From contig CALMFT010000032.1 in the NCBI GenBank assembly GCA_937862565.1, positions 3,175 to 67,174 of the forward strand: DNA of 64,000 bases, written 5' to 3'. Under the pieces are notes generated by a model. That model did no database searches, was not told the DNA's origin, and saw nothing but the letters and a program-made list of their open reading frames with translations. A program made the position numbers and the translations under genes. The stretch comes from an uncultured bacterium. Lineage in GTDB: Bacteria; Patescibacteriota; Gracilibacteria; Absconditabacterales; Absconditicoccaceae. Below, in pieces: positions 37,046 to 46,215 of this stretch (position 1 is the stretch's first letter; each line of letters starts with the position of its first letter).

Positions 37046-38905
37046 ATGTTAGAAAACACTTTTTCACCTACTCATCAGATTATCATTAAACTTTATGAAT
37101 TAGAAAATCCTAATTTGGATGATTTATTGGAAATCAGAAAAGCAGTTTCTGGTAAAGCAGGACTTGCACATATGCCTGGTAATGCAGACATTCTCAAGAC
37201 TTATTTTCAACTCGTAGCGCAAGAAAAAATCATAAGAAATAAACAAATTGAGCTTACACTGCGCAAAAGAGCAATCAGATCTCAGTCAGGAATTGTACCA
37301 GTACAAGTACTTACTAAGCCTTTTTGGTGTCCATGAGAATGTATTTTCTGCCCAAATGATGCGACTATGCCAAAATCGTATATCAACACAGAACCTGGTG
37401 CGCAAAGAGCTTTACTCAACAATTTTGATCCTTATAAGCAGGTTTTCAATAGACTTTTGAGTTTGACTTTGACAGGACATGAGACTGATAAGATAGAAAT
37501 GATTGTATTGGGAGGAACTCGAGATGTATATCCTAAGCAGTATAAAATTGACTTTGTGAAAGGACTGTATGATGCTTGTAATGCTTTCGAAAAGTTTTTC
37601 GAATGATATATTGAAGGAAGTATCAAAGTAGAAAATACCAAGAGTATCGAATATGAAACACTAGATATAGAATTTCCTAAGTCGATTGCTGAGTCCATTT
37701 CGCTCAATGAGAAAGCAATGTGTAGAATAATCTGATTGACTATAGAGACGAGACCTGAATATGTAACTGATGAAAACTGTCAGTTGTGGAGAGATTTGGG
37801 AGTAACGAGAATAGAGATGGGAATACAAAATATGTTTGATGATGTACTTGATGCCAACAAAAGAGGTCATAGCGTAGAGCAATGTCGTGAGGCTATGTTT
37901 AAGCTCAGACAGTATGGTTTCAAGATTTCTGTACATCTCATGCCTGGACTGTATAAATCAAACAAACAAAAAGATATTGATACTTTCCGCATTGCATTTG
38001 AAGATCCTGCTTTCCGTCCTGATGAACTCAAGTTTTACCCTACTGCTATTATTCCTAACACGGAACTTTTCAACCTCTACAAAAGATGAGAATATAAAGC
38101 ACTCACGCTCCAAGAAAATAAAGACATCATTAAAGAAGTACTCGTGAATTTTATACCACCCTACACCAGAATCAAAAGACTTATTCGTGATATTCCAGCT
38201 GAAGAAACAGTTGCTACAGACTATGTAACGAATCTCAGACAACTCGTAGAAAACGAGCTTACGAAAGAATATCAAGCCAAAACAGATCAGGAAAGATCTA
38301 CATATTACCAAAAAATGTACAATGATCTGACTTTTGTAAGTAACGAAGAAGAAATGTTAGAAAAAATAAATCACTTCACTCAGAATTCTTCAGATTATAA
38401 TTCATTTATAACTCTTGTGCCAAAAGATACTCAATTAGATTTTACAAGTACAAGAAATTTTATTTGTTTTGATACCAGAAGTAGAGAGATTAGAAATCAA
38501 GCGAAAAGTGTTGTATTGATTCCAGTTATCCGTATCTATAATAGTACGAACGGTGTGCAGTTATTTATGAGTTTTGAAGATGAACTCGGTTATCTGTACT
38601 GATTTACAAGACTACAACTTGGTAGTTCTGAGCTCAATAGTACGTACGCAGGACTCGGAGAAAACTCAGCTATCATAAGGGAACTTCATGTGTATGGACA
38701 AGTTGCTAAGATTAAAACTTCTGACGAAGAAGATAAAACTCAGCATCAAGGAATAGGAACTCAGCTCATGGAATTATCTTCCAAAATTGCCACTCATTGT
38801 GGCTATGATAAACTTTCAGTAATTAGCGGAGTAGGAGTAAGAAAATATTATGAGAAACTAGGTTACCATTTGGTATGAACATATCTCGTGAAGAATTTAA
38901 CTTAA
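37046..38905 (+). CDS. bacterial Elp3-like radical-SAM/GNAT tRNA-modification enzyme
   Basis: Five track pieces (37046, 37367, 37736, 38144 and 38690) share one frame. The radical-SAM cluster motif is CP[TGA]ECIFCP. TIETRPEY...GVTRIEMGIQ is present, and the C-terminal GNAT region is HQGIGTQLME. Confidence 0.75.
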
Positions 38906-38956
38906 TTACCAATCATACTAATACAGAATATAATTTCATTTCCTCAATTTCATCAC

Positions 38957-40360
38957 ATGGCAAGTATTAAAAAAGCTAGTAATAAAAAGGTAGAAAGCCT
39001 CATCTCCAATGCCAATAGTTATTCAGAACAAATCGTTCTCAGAGGAGTAAATACGAACAATCTGAATAATATCGATATCACTCTTCCCAAAAATAAAATA
39101 ATCACTATTACGGGAGTAAGTGGTAGTGGAAAATCTTCACTCGCGTTTGATACTATCTACAAAGAAGGTCAGTTTCGTTATATTGAATCTTTGAGTAGTT
39201 ACCTCAGACAATTTTTCAACCTTGGAGAAAAACCAGACATTGAATATAGTAGTGGTTTGAGTCCAGCAATCGCTATTGAACAAAATAAGAGAGTGGCAAA
39301 TATCAGATCGACTGTAGGAACACTTACAGAAATCGACGACTACCTCAGATTATTATATGCTAAATTGGGTAAAGCATATTGCTACAATTGTGGAGATGAA
39401 ATCAAAGCACAGTCTGTAGACAGTATTATAGAACAGATTATAGCACTTTTCAATCAAGATAAAGTATATGTTATTTCTGAAATTGATACCTTTACAGAAG
39501 CTCCCGAGTTTCTCAAGTTTATTAAAAAAAATAGAAATAAAATGGATAAAGGAGATGGATTTACCAGATTCTTAGTGCTCTTCGACAATGAAGAAAACAC
39601 TCAATGCGTGGAATATTTCTATCTAGAATCACCGAACATTCCTGAAAAATACCTTCCTTATACGGTATATGGAATTTATGATAGAATTACTTTGGTGGAC
39701 GAAAATATCGAAAGACTCAAGGAAGATATTGTAAAAATGCTCAACGAACATAGCAAGTTTGGACTCTATCATACGTCTGCAAATGATAATATTGATGATA
39801 GTCTGAGTTTATCTGTGGGTAAAGACGTACACAATTCTGACCATACCATCAAGTGGTTTACAGATAAGATTTTCTGTCCAAAATGTAATATCACCTATCC
39901 AGAATTTACGACTCAACATTTCTCAAGCAATAGAACTGAATGAGCTTGTACAGTCTGTCATGGTCTGGGAGAGATTCTTGATGTTCAGCTTGAACAAGTG
40001 CTTGACCCTACTCAGCCACTTCTCAAAGCAATCATCCCTTGGCAGAACAATACCCTCGGTCAACAAATTCTCAGTAAGTTTGCTTCAAAATATGATATTG
40101 ATCCCAATAAAGTACGACACACGCTTCCCGCATATTTTAAAGAAATCCTCATCAATGGAGACAAAGAGCTTATGAAGGTAGGCGCCATGGGAAAACGACA
40201 TAGTTTTTACTACAATGGTTTGGTGGATATGCTTACGACTCAGTACAACAAAGGTATCCTCGGTACGGAATTTCAATCACTGTTCGGTATGAAACAATGT
40301 GACGCTTGTCATGGAGCAAAACTCAAACCTGAAAGTCTGAGTGTGAAAATAGAGGTATAG
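38957..40360 (+). CDS. uvrA: excinuclease ABC subunit A, N-terminal half only (truncated at about 467 aa)
   Basis: GVNTNNLNNIDITLPKNKIITITGVSGSGKSSLAFDTIY (Walker A of site I), LSPAIAIEQ, and Zn modules CYNCGD...CPKC and [TGA]ACTVCHGLGE are present. It ends ...CDACHGAKLKPESLSVKIEV followed by TAG at 40358. The Walker B of site I and all of NBD-II are absent, and a convergent gene follows. Confidence 0.75.
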
Positions 40361-40387
40361 TTTTCTAAGAAAAAATATTCTGAATTA

Positions 40388-40843
40388 TTAAGATTGAAGA
40401 GCAAAGAAAATAGCGTCTTTATGCCATTGTGGCGTTTGTGCGTGTTCTTTAAAGAAATTTAAAGATTTTTCTAGCCATTGTGTAATATCTTGAATATTTT
40501 GAGTGACGCTATCTGGATCTGGATCAAAAATATAATTTTCAGAACGTGGGTCCAAATATCCAGTACTTTTTGCGAGAACAAAGTCTTGTCCATCATAGAG
40601 TAATTCAAACTGAGTGCGCTCATTGGCTTGATGATAATGTGTATCACTTTTTGCTGACTCATAGTCAAAATCCAGAGCAAAATTAAGAGTTCCTAACTTA
40701 CTAATCCACATCTTTTGAGCAGGATTTCCTCCTCACAAAGATACAGCCAAGCCTTCTTTCCCAAGGATATCTTTAGCATCTTCCATCAAGTGAATTAATT
40801 TGTGCGTATCATTGCTTTCCACGCTTCTTATCTGATTATTCAT
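40388..40843 (-). CDS. hypothetical protein (151 aa)
   Basis: The piece 40388-40711 is extended upstream through TGA to ATG at 40843. I recognise no motif. Confidence 0.4.
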
Positions 40844-40923
40844 ACTATTTATCAAAAGAAATAAATCTTATATTACTAGTATTCATAATCTTTATAATAA
40901 GTTTGTCAATATTTTTGTAGTAC

Positions 40924-40954
40924 AAAAAAGTCTCCTCATATAAAACAAGGAGAC
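40924..40954 (-). terminator. rho-independent terminator (minus strand)
   Basis: GTCTCCT-tgttttatatg-AGGAGAC followed by T6 on the minus strand. Confidence 0.6.
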
Positions 40955-41206
40955 CGTTGATTAATAATAATGAGTTTCCTCATTAGCTACTTTATTAATG
41001 GTGATATCAGATTACTGCCCTCGGGTATGTTATCCAATATCATTGCTAATCCATTTTTTTTGAAACAAGATTTGTCCGCTCAGTAGTTGGACTTTTTGTT
41101 TTTATTTTTTCAAAGAACTACAATTAATGTTAAATTTTCTTGTCTCCTTAATTCCTCAAGATAAACCAGAGTCACCAGTGAGTAGCATCACTAAAATAGT
41201 ACAAGC
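40924..41206 (-). ncRNA. candidate ~280-nt small RNA (class unknown)
   Basis: It is bracketed by a consensus promoter (41213-41241) and a terminator (40924-40954). It contains an AATGAG-GAAA-CTCATT tetraloop hairpin. The largest ORF I could read is only about 28 aa. Confidence 0.3.
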
Positions 41207-41212
41207 TCTACT

Positions 41213-41241
41213 ATGATACACAAAAGCTTCTCATTTGTCAA
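41213..41241 (-). promoter_or_regulatory. sigma-70-like promoter (TTGACA-17 nt-TATCAT on the minus strand)
   Basis: -35 at 41241-41236 and -10 at 41218-41213. Confidence 0.45.
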
Positions 41242-41305
41242 AATTATCCTTATATTTTCTTGATATTCGTGAGAAGTTTATTATTAGTTTCCTATAACAA
41301 TTTCT

Positions 41306-41380
41306 GCCCGTATCGTCTAATGGTTAGGACACGGGACTTTCAATCCTGCAATCGGGGTTCAATTCCCCGTACGGGTACCA
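41306..41380 (+). tRNA. tRNA-Glu (UUC)
   Basis: Cloverleaf drawn by hand. The anticodon loop is CTTTCAA, the T-loop is TTCAATT, and the 3' CCA is encoded. Confidence 0.85.
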
Positions 41381-41435
41381 CCTTTGATGTATACAGTAGA
41401 TAATTGTGAGAATAAAATAATCTGAATAAAGTTGG

Positions 41436-41513
41436 GGGCGATTAGCTCAGCTGGCCGAGAGCATCTCGTTTACACCGAGAGGGTCGTAGGTTCGAATCCT
41501 TCATCGCCCACCA
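41436..41513 (+). tRNA. tRNA-Val (UAC)
   Basis: GGGCGATTAGCTCAG...TCTCG-TTTACAC-CGAGA...GGTTCGAATCC...ATCGCCCACCA, with the CCA encoded. Confidence 0.85.
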
Positions 41514-41636
41514 TTAAAAACTCCGCGTATGCAGAGATTTTTTTTATATTTGAAATATATCTTGCAAAAAAGATGATAATTTTGATACTTGATCGTATAC
41601 TATTCCGATTATTTTTATATTTATAACCTCAAACAC

Positions 41637-42099
41637 ATGGATAAATATTCTCACTGAGCTTTTGAAATAACAGGCTATAAGGTCACTATTCACAATCCAC
41701 AAGAAGAGAAAGAAGTAATCTGATCTGCTTGGACAAAATTTCAATCTGAAAAGATAGGTGATCTCATAATAGGTAAAGGACATGATTCACTCCACGCAGT
41801 ATATTACAATTATCACAATCCCAAAGATTTGGATAAAAAAGGTTATGATATGCTGATAGGATATTAAAACTAATGTTGGTGTCGTGCAAACTGATCCCCT
41901 ACTCACTACGGTAAAAATACCTGCACAGGATTACAGATATGTATCTGTCAAAGAAGATGTGCAAAATAATCTGATAAAGAATTGGAAGGAAATAAATGCT
42001 ATGCCTGATACAGAACTCACTAGGTCATTTGGTTATGATCTTGATATGTACAATGCTAATGGAACTGAAGTAACTGTTGCAGTTTCCGTTAAAGAATAA
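41637..42099 (+). pseudogene. GyrI-like/AraC-effector-domain small-molecule-binding protein, frameshifted
   Basis: The N-terminal part (ATG at 41637 ...GYDMLIGY, then TAA at 41865) and the C-terminal part (frame +1, DIKTNVGVVQTDPLLTTVKIPAQDYRYVSV..., track ORF 41884-42099) together make one GyrI-like fold. The frames switch near 41858-41862. Confidence 0.5.
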
Positions 42100-42115
42100 T
42101 TTACATAAAATGAAA

Positions 42116-42147
42116 CCTCCGACAGTAATCCGTCGGAGGTTTTTTTT
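42116..42147 (+). terminator. rho-independent terminator (copy 1 of a duplicated hairpin element)
   Basis: CCTCCGAC-agtaatcc-GTCGGAGG followed by T8. Confidence 0.75.
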
Positions 42148-42149
42148 CA

Positions 42150-42632
42150 TTAATTAGTTTCACTAGCTGGGTAAAAAACATGCATAGCATATTCATGTTC
42201 CAGTTGTTTTAGCAATGCTCTGTGATTTTCCACTCTCATTTCTTCCGTCAATTGACGGTTTTCCATCAGTATCTCAGTGAGAAATTTATAATTCATTTCA
42301 GTCGTAAAACCACTGATTGCTACATAGCAGTTTAGAGCTCTTATAGCCAATGTTCCTTTGAGATGCATTGAAAAGCAAATCTTTTCTTCAGTGCGTAAAA
42401 GGTGTAAAACTTCTTCATCAGTTTCAATCCTTTTCATCAAAAGATTCTTCACTGACTCTTTAGCGTCTGTACGTTCATGTATATCTAGTTCTCTAAAGAT
42501 ACTCTTATATGTATCTGTATTTACAACCATAATATAAACACTTGCTGTCATAGCCATTTCAAAAGCTTCCGAATTGGTTCTTAAAAACTCCTGGAATCTT
42601 TTTTGTGCAGTCTCAATAATCACATTCTTCAT
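42150..42632 (-). CDS. hypothetical protein (160 aa), cassette cargo 1
   Basis: Intact ORF with a TAA stop, preceded by the duplicated leader. I recognise no motif. Confidence 0.45.
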   Translation of the reverse strand: MKNVIIETAQKRFQEFLRTNSEAFEMAMTASVYIMVVNTDTYKSIFRELDIHERTDAKESVKNLLMKRIETDEEVLHLLRTEEKICFSMHLKGTLAIRALNCYVAISGFTTEMNYKFLTEILMENRQLTEEMRVENHRALLKQLEHEYAMHVFYPASETN

Positions 42633-42732
42633 TTTTTTGTTATTTTGTTTGTTAATGAATATTTCAAAAAATCATAAGCAGATGCTACCTTTGTAGTAAA
42701 ACTGTTAATGAACTTCCCAAGAAAACATGAGA
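42633..42732. repeat. duplicated ~100-bp leader/promoter element, copy A
   Basis: The core CAGATGCTACCTTTgTAGTAAAACTGTTAATGAACTTCCCAAGAAAACATGAGA aligns with 43613-43667, and the TTTGTTTGTT.ATGAATATTT block also aligns. Confidence 0.8.
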
Positions 42733-42769
42733 GAGCTTATAGTTATTATTTGAGACCATTTGTCAATAA

Positions 42770-42778
42770 GGGGGGGGG
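42770..42778. repeat. G9 (C9 on the minus strand) homopolymer tract
   Basis: It is the only long G/C run I saw in the window. On the minus strand it sits directly 5' of a TTGACA hexamer, upstream of leader copy A. Confidence 0.9.
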
Positions 42779-42797
42779 AAAATTAAGCTAAATGAAA

Positions 42798-42830
42798 CCT
42801 CCGAGCTGCGATCAGTCGGAGGTATTTTTT
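42798..42830 (+). terminator. hairpin element, copy 2 (CCTCCGA...TCGGAGG followed by a T-run)
   Basis: Its flanks are also similar to those of copy 1 (AAATGAAACCTCCGA...TCGGAGGT.TTTTTTCATT...AGTTT.ACTAG). Confidence 0.6.
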
Positions 42831-42932
42831 CATTTTCAGTTTTACTAGTATCTAAGTAGTCGATAAGACATCAAATTGGATTAAACTTAGATTTACTTCA
42901 TGAATTTGTTGCGCAAATTGATTTCGTCTTTT

Positions 42933-43088
42933 TTATAAATGCTTTAAATAAGCATCTACATTTTCTGATTTCTCAAATAAACTTTGTAGTTTATTAATTA
43001 ATCTTGTAATTCTCTCCCCTCTATATTGAAGGGATTTTCTTTTTCTCAAGAGATTTGATATCTCTGGAACAGGTTTAGTCTTTTTCAT
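42933..43088 (-). CDS. 51-aa basic micro-ORF, hypothetical
   Basis: Its ATG at 43088 abuts the stop of the upstream gene (43089). The sequence is MKKTKPVPEISNLLRKRKSLQYRGERITRLINKLQSLFEKSENVDAYLKHL*. Confidence 0.25.
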   Translation of the reverse strand: MKKTKPVPEISNLLRKRKSLQYRGERITRLINKLQSLFEKSENVDAYLKHL

Positions 43089-43559
43089 TTAATTTTTTCT
43101 TTTGACGATGTTATAGATTTTTTCAGCAGTTTTTGGAACACTCAAGTCTTGTTCAAATACAATGTAAGTTAAACAGCATAGTACGCATAAGAAGTTTTTG
43201 ATACTACTTTCACTTTCTAGATTTTTAATTGTTACTACAAGAATTCCTGTAATACATATTACAATCAATACTCGAAGTAAGTAACAAGCTACAGAGTTTG
43301 ATAGTCCTTTAAAAAAGTCGTAATGTACCCATGAAGGTTCAATTATATAAGTGCTTGGTATACAGCGTATTCTCACAATAGTGTAGATAAAATTCTTATC
43401 AAAATCTGGTATATGCTGTTCCCAGCTATCCGCTTGAAATCTAGGTCCAATCGGTGTCGGTTTCTCACCATGTTTACATTGCATAAACTGGTAAGTTTTG
43501 TTCTTTTTTAATGTAATTTCTCTGAACCAAGGTTCTTTACTCGCAGTAATTTTTCTCAT
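43089..43559 (-). CDS. hypothetical membrane protein (156 aa), cassette cargo 2
   Basis: Intact ORF with two C-terminal hydrophobic helices, preceded by leader copy B. Confidence 0.45.
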   Translation of the reverse strand: MRKITASKEPWFREITLKKNKTYQFMQCKHGEKPTPIGPRFQADSWEQHIPDFDKNFIYTIVRIRCIPSTYIIEPSWVHYDFFKGLSNSVACYLLRVLIVICITGILVVTIKNLESESSIKNFLCVLCCLTYIVFEQDLSVPKTAEKIYNIVKRKN

Positions 43560-43667
43560 TTTTTTAATTTTTTGTTTGTTTGTTATGAATATTTTTTATG
43601 AAAAATCAAAAACAGATGCTACCTTTATAGTAAAACTGTTAATGAACTTTCCCAAGGAAACTTGAGA
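43560..43667. repeat. duplicated ~100-bp leader/promoter element, copy B
   Basis: See 42633-42732. Confidence 0.8.
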
Positions 43668-43735
43668 ACTGAAAATAATTATTTTTTAGAGTGTTTTATC
43701 AAGAGAAGCTGATGCACATAGATTTGCGATAGAAA

Positions 43736-44359
43736 TTATTCTTTATTTTTTTTTGGTCTAGCCCACTCGGGTAATCTAATAATAAAGAGCTCCTTATCTA
43801 TCTCACGGATAGTTTTTTGTTGATTCTTGCTCCTTTTTGCGATTTCTAAAATCAAAAGTGGATAAAAAGTTTGGATAGTATTGGTTTTAATTTGTCTGGC
43901 TCAGTCAATATCATCTTTTACTACTAAATTTAAATTCATCAGCACTCTTCTATCTAAGATAGGGATTAAATTAGGAAAATAGGAACTCAAAAGGGCAGAA
44001 AGATATGAGACACTAAAACCGTCAATTTTAGTATTTGTGTCTTTATGAGTTAAGTTGCATATAATATTAACTTTTGAGATAAGTTCCATTATTTCTTCAT
44101 TGGATAATTGTGATAACTCTTTTAGATTAAAAGCGTCCTCTATAGCTTTTAACAAAATACTATAAGAAATTAATTTTTGATTAACACTAATTTCTTTTTC
44201 ATTAATTGTTGAATTTCCGCCTTTAAAATTTGAAATATACAAAAGATCTATAAGTTTGAGATCAAATCTTTCTCTTTTTTGTTTTATATAAATTTGATAA
44301 TTATCATAGCTAACTAATGATTTATTCCATTTTGAAATCGCTGCATTGTTATGTTTCAT
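43736..44359 (-). CDS. hypothetical protein (207 aa)
   Basis: The piece 43901-44359 is extended through TGA to TAA at 43736. It lies 30 nt downstream of the helicase gene. The motif SYLSALLSSYFPNLIPILDRRV faintly resembles OGG-fold/DUF-type proteins. Confidence 0.35.
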
Positions 44360-44389
44360 ATTTTTACTTTTACCAATAAACTAAATAAT

Positions 44390-46144
44390 TTAAATAAACA
44401 ACAAACACATCTTGATCTCAGGATAGGTCAAAGCACCGCGAAGCTGGATATAGATTGCTTTGGAATTTCGGGATCCATCTGGATTGAGGTGTTGGGAGTT
44501 TTCATCAAATGACTGTATTGCTCACTGGATGAGTCACATGAGATGCTCACTCGGTCTGAGATAGCTAAAATCTACATCAGGGTGAAGAGGTTTGAGTTTG
44601 GTAACATGATCCATGATAGTAGTAGCCACCAATCAGCGTTCTTCAGCGATTTGTGAGATAGACTTGTTTTCTTTGACGAGATCGAGAGTTTGCAACAGTG
44701 TATTGGAAGCAACTTTTGCTTTTGGTGCAGACTTTTTTTTCACTTCAGTATTCCGATTATTTAGATCATTTTCATCATGATATGTTCCGCCAATCATCTT
44801 CATAAAAGCCTTATGTAAGGTTTCTAGTTCATCCTTAGTATAAGATTCATACTCTTCAGCCATGATTTGTGACTGCTCTTGAAAATACTTGTCCGCTCTG
44901 AGAACGAGAGGATGAGCGTTGAGACCTGAGGTATTGAGCCCCAACAATGAAAGTCCTTCAAGTGTTCTCAGTCTTGAAAGTGCCACGTACGCCTGCCCTG
45001 GTTCAAAAACTTTGGAAAGGTCTATTTCTGCAGCATCAAGTGTCATACCCTGTGATTTATGTACAGTAATAGCTCGCGCAAGCTTGAGAGGAATTTGAGA
45101 CACGGTAGCAAGCACCGAATCTCCATTTTCTATACTCCATATTTCAGGCTCTACTCTAATTTTTTCACCTGATTTCAACTCCACTACAGGCAGATTATCA
45201 TATCATTCAAAAGAGATTACTATTCCTGTGGTTCCATTATTGTATCATTTTACTCCATTATTTTTGAGAAATATCACTTGTGCACCTAGTTTGAGGGTCA
45301 AAACTTCCATAGCCAACATCCCTTTTTTGATGACCTCCAGAAGTTTTTTGTCTCCACTTCCTTTGTAAGAATAGCTATATTGGGTGGTATCAAGAAGCTC
45401 GAGTTGCTCATGATTGATACGATCTACATCGATATTGTGCGTATAGAGTCTTACTAAAGTAGGATGATCTATATTCTGATTCATTCTCGTGTGAAGCAGC
45501 GAGATACTTTGGTCGCTTATATCCCCCGTTCTGAGTTCATCCAAAATTGTAGAAAATAAACCTTCTGATTGTCTATGCTGAGTCTCGAGATAACAGATTG
45601 CAAACTCTGCTGTCTTTCGAGCGTGCGAAGCAAAGGCAAATCTTTTCTTGTCTGCTCCATTATTGAGTCCAAGCAAGAGTTGATCAGTATCTTCAGCTAC
45701 ATATCTTACTACTGGAGGGAGCTGAAAAAAATCTCCACACAGTATTACCTGTAAACCACCAAAAGGACGATTGTTTCGTCTGACTTGTTGGCATACCTTG
45801 TCTATCATGTCTATCAGGTTGGCGCTGAGCATAGAGATTTCATCTATAATCAGAACTTTTGCTTTGGTTATGTTTTTGAAAATATTTTCTTTTTGAATAA
45901 TGAGTTCGATATCATGGTCTGTAAGGTAGTCTTTGATTCCTATTCCACTTCGACTATGGATGGTTACTCAGCCAATGTGAGTTGCAGCAATTCCTGTGGA
46001 AGCAGTCACCGCTACCACTACCTCACTATTCCACAGATGCTGAATATACTGATTGATAAGATAGGTTTTTCCACTTCCCGCTTGCCCAGTCAAAAATACA
46101 TTTTTACCGGATTTCAGGATATCTAAAGCAGTGGATTGTTTCAT
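44390..46144 (-). CDS. Pif1/RecD-family helicase with a C-terminal HTH domain
   Basis: Pieces 45245-45832 and 44633-45184 share a frame. Walker A is LTGQAGSGKT, Walker B is LIIDEISM, and PFGGLQVILCGDFFQLPPV and AITVHKSQGMTLD are present. The C-terminus is SISQIAEER[TGA]LVATTIMDHV. Confidence 0.8.
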
Positions 46145-46215
46145 AAGAGAAGCTTGTATATAAGTACTCTATTTACAATAATCTAGCTCTAAAATCAAGA
46201 CTCTTTTCAGATTAT

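Noticed and set aside
41432-41626. Track ORF of 64 aa.
   Set aside because: It overlaps tRNA-Val and is spurious.
42150-43559. Absence of TGA-Gly codons in the two cassette cargo genes as evidence for foreign (standard-code) origin.
   Set aside because: These proteins contain only a handful of Gly residues, so the absence of TGA is not statistically meaningful.
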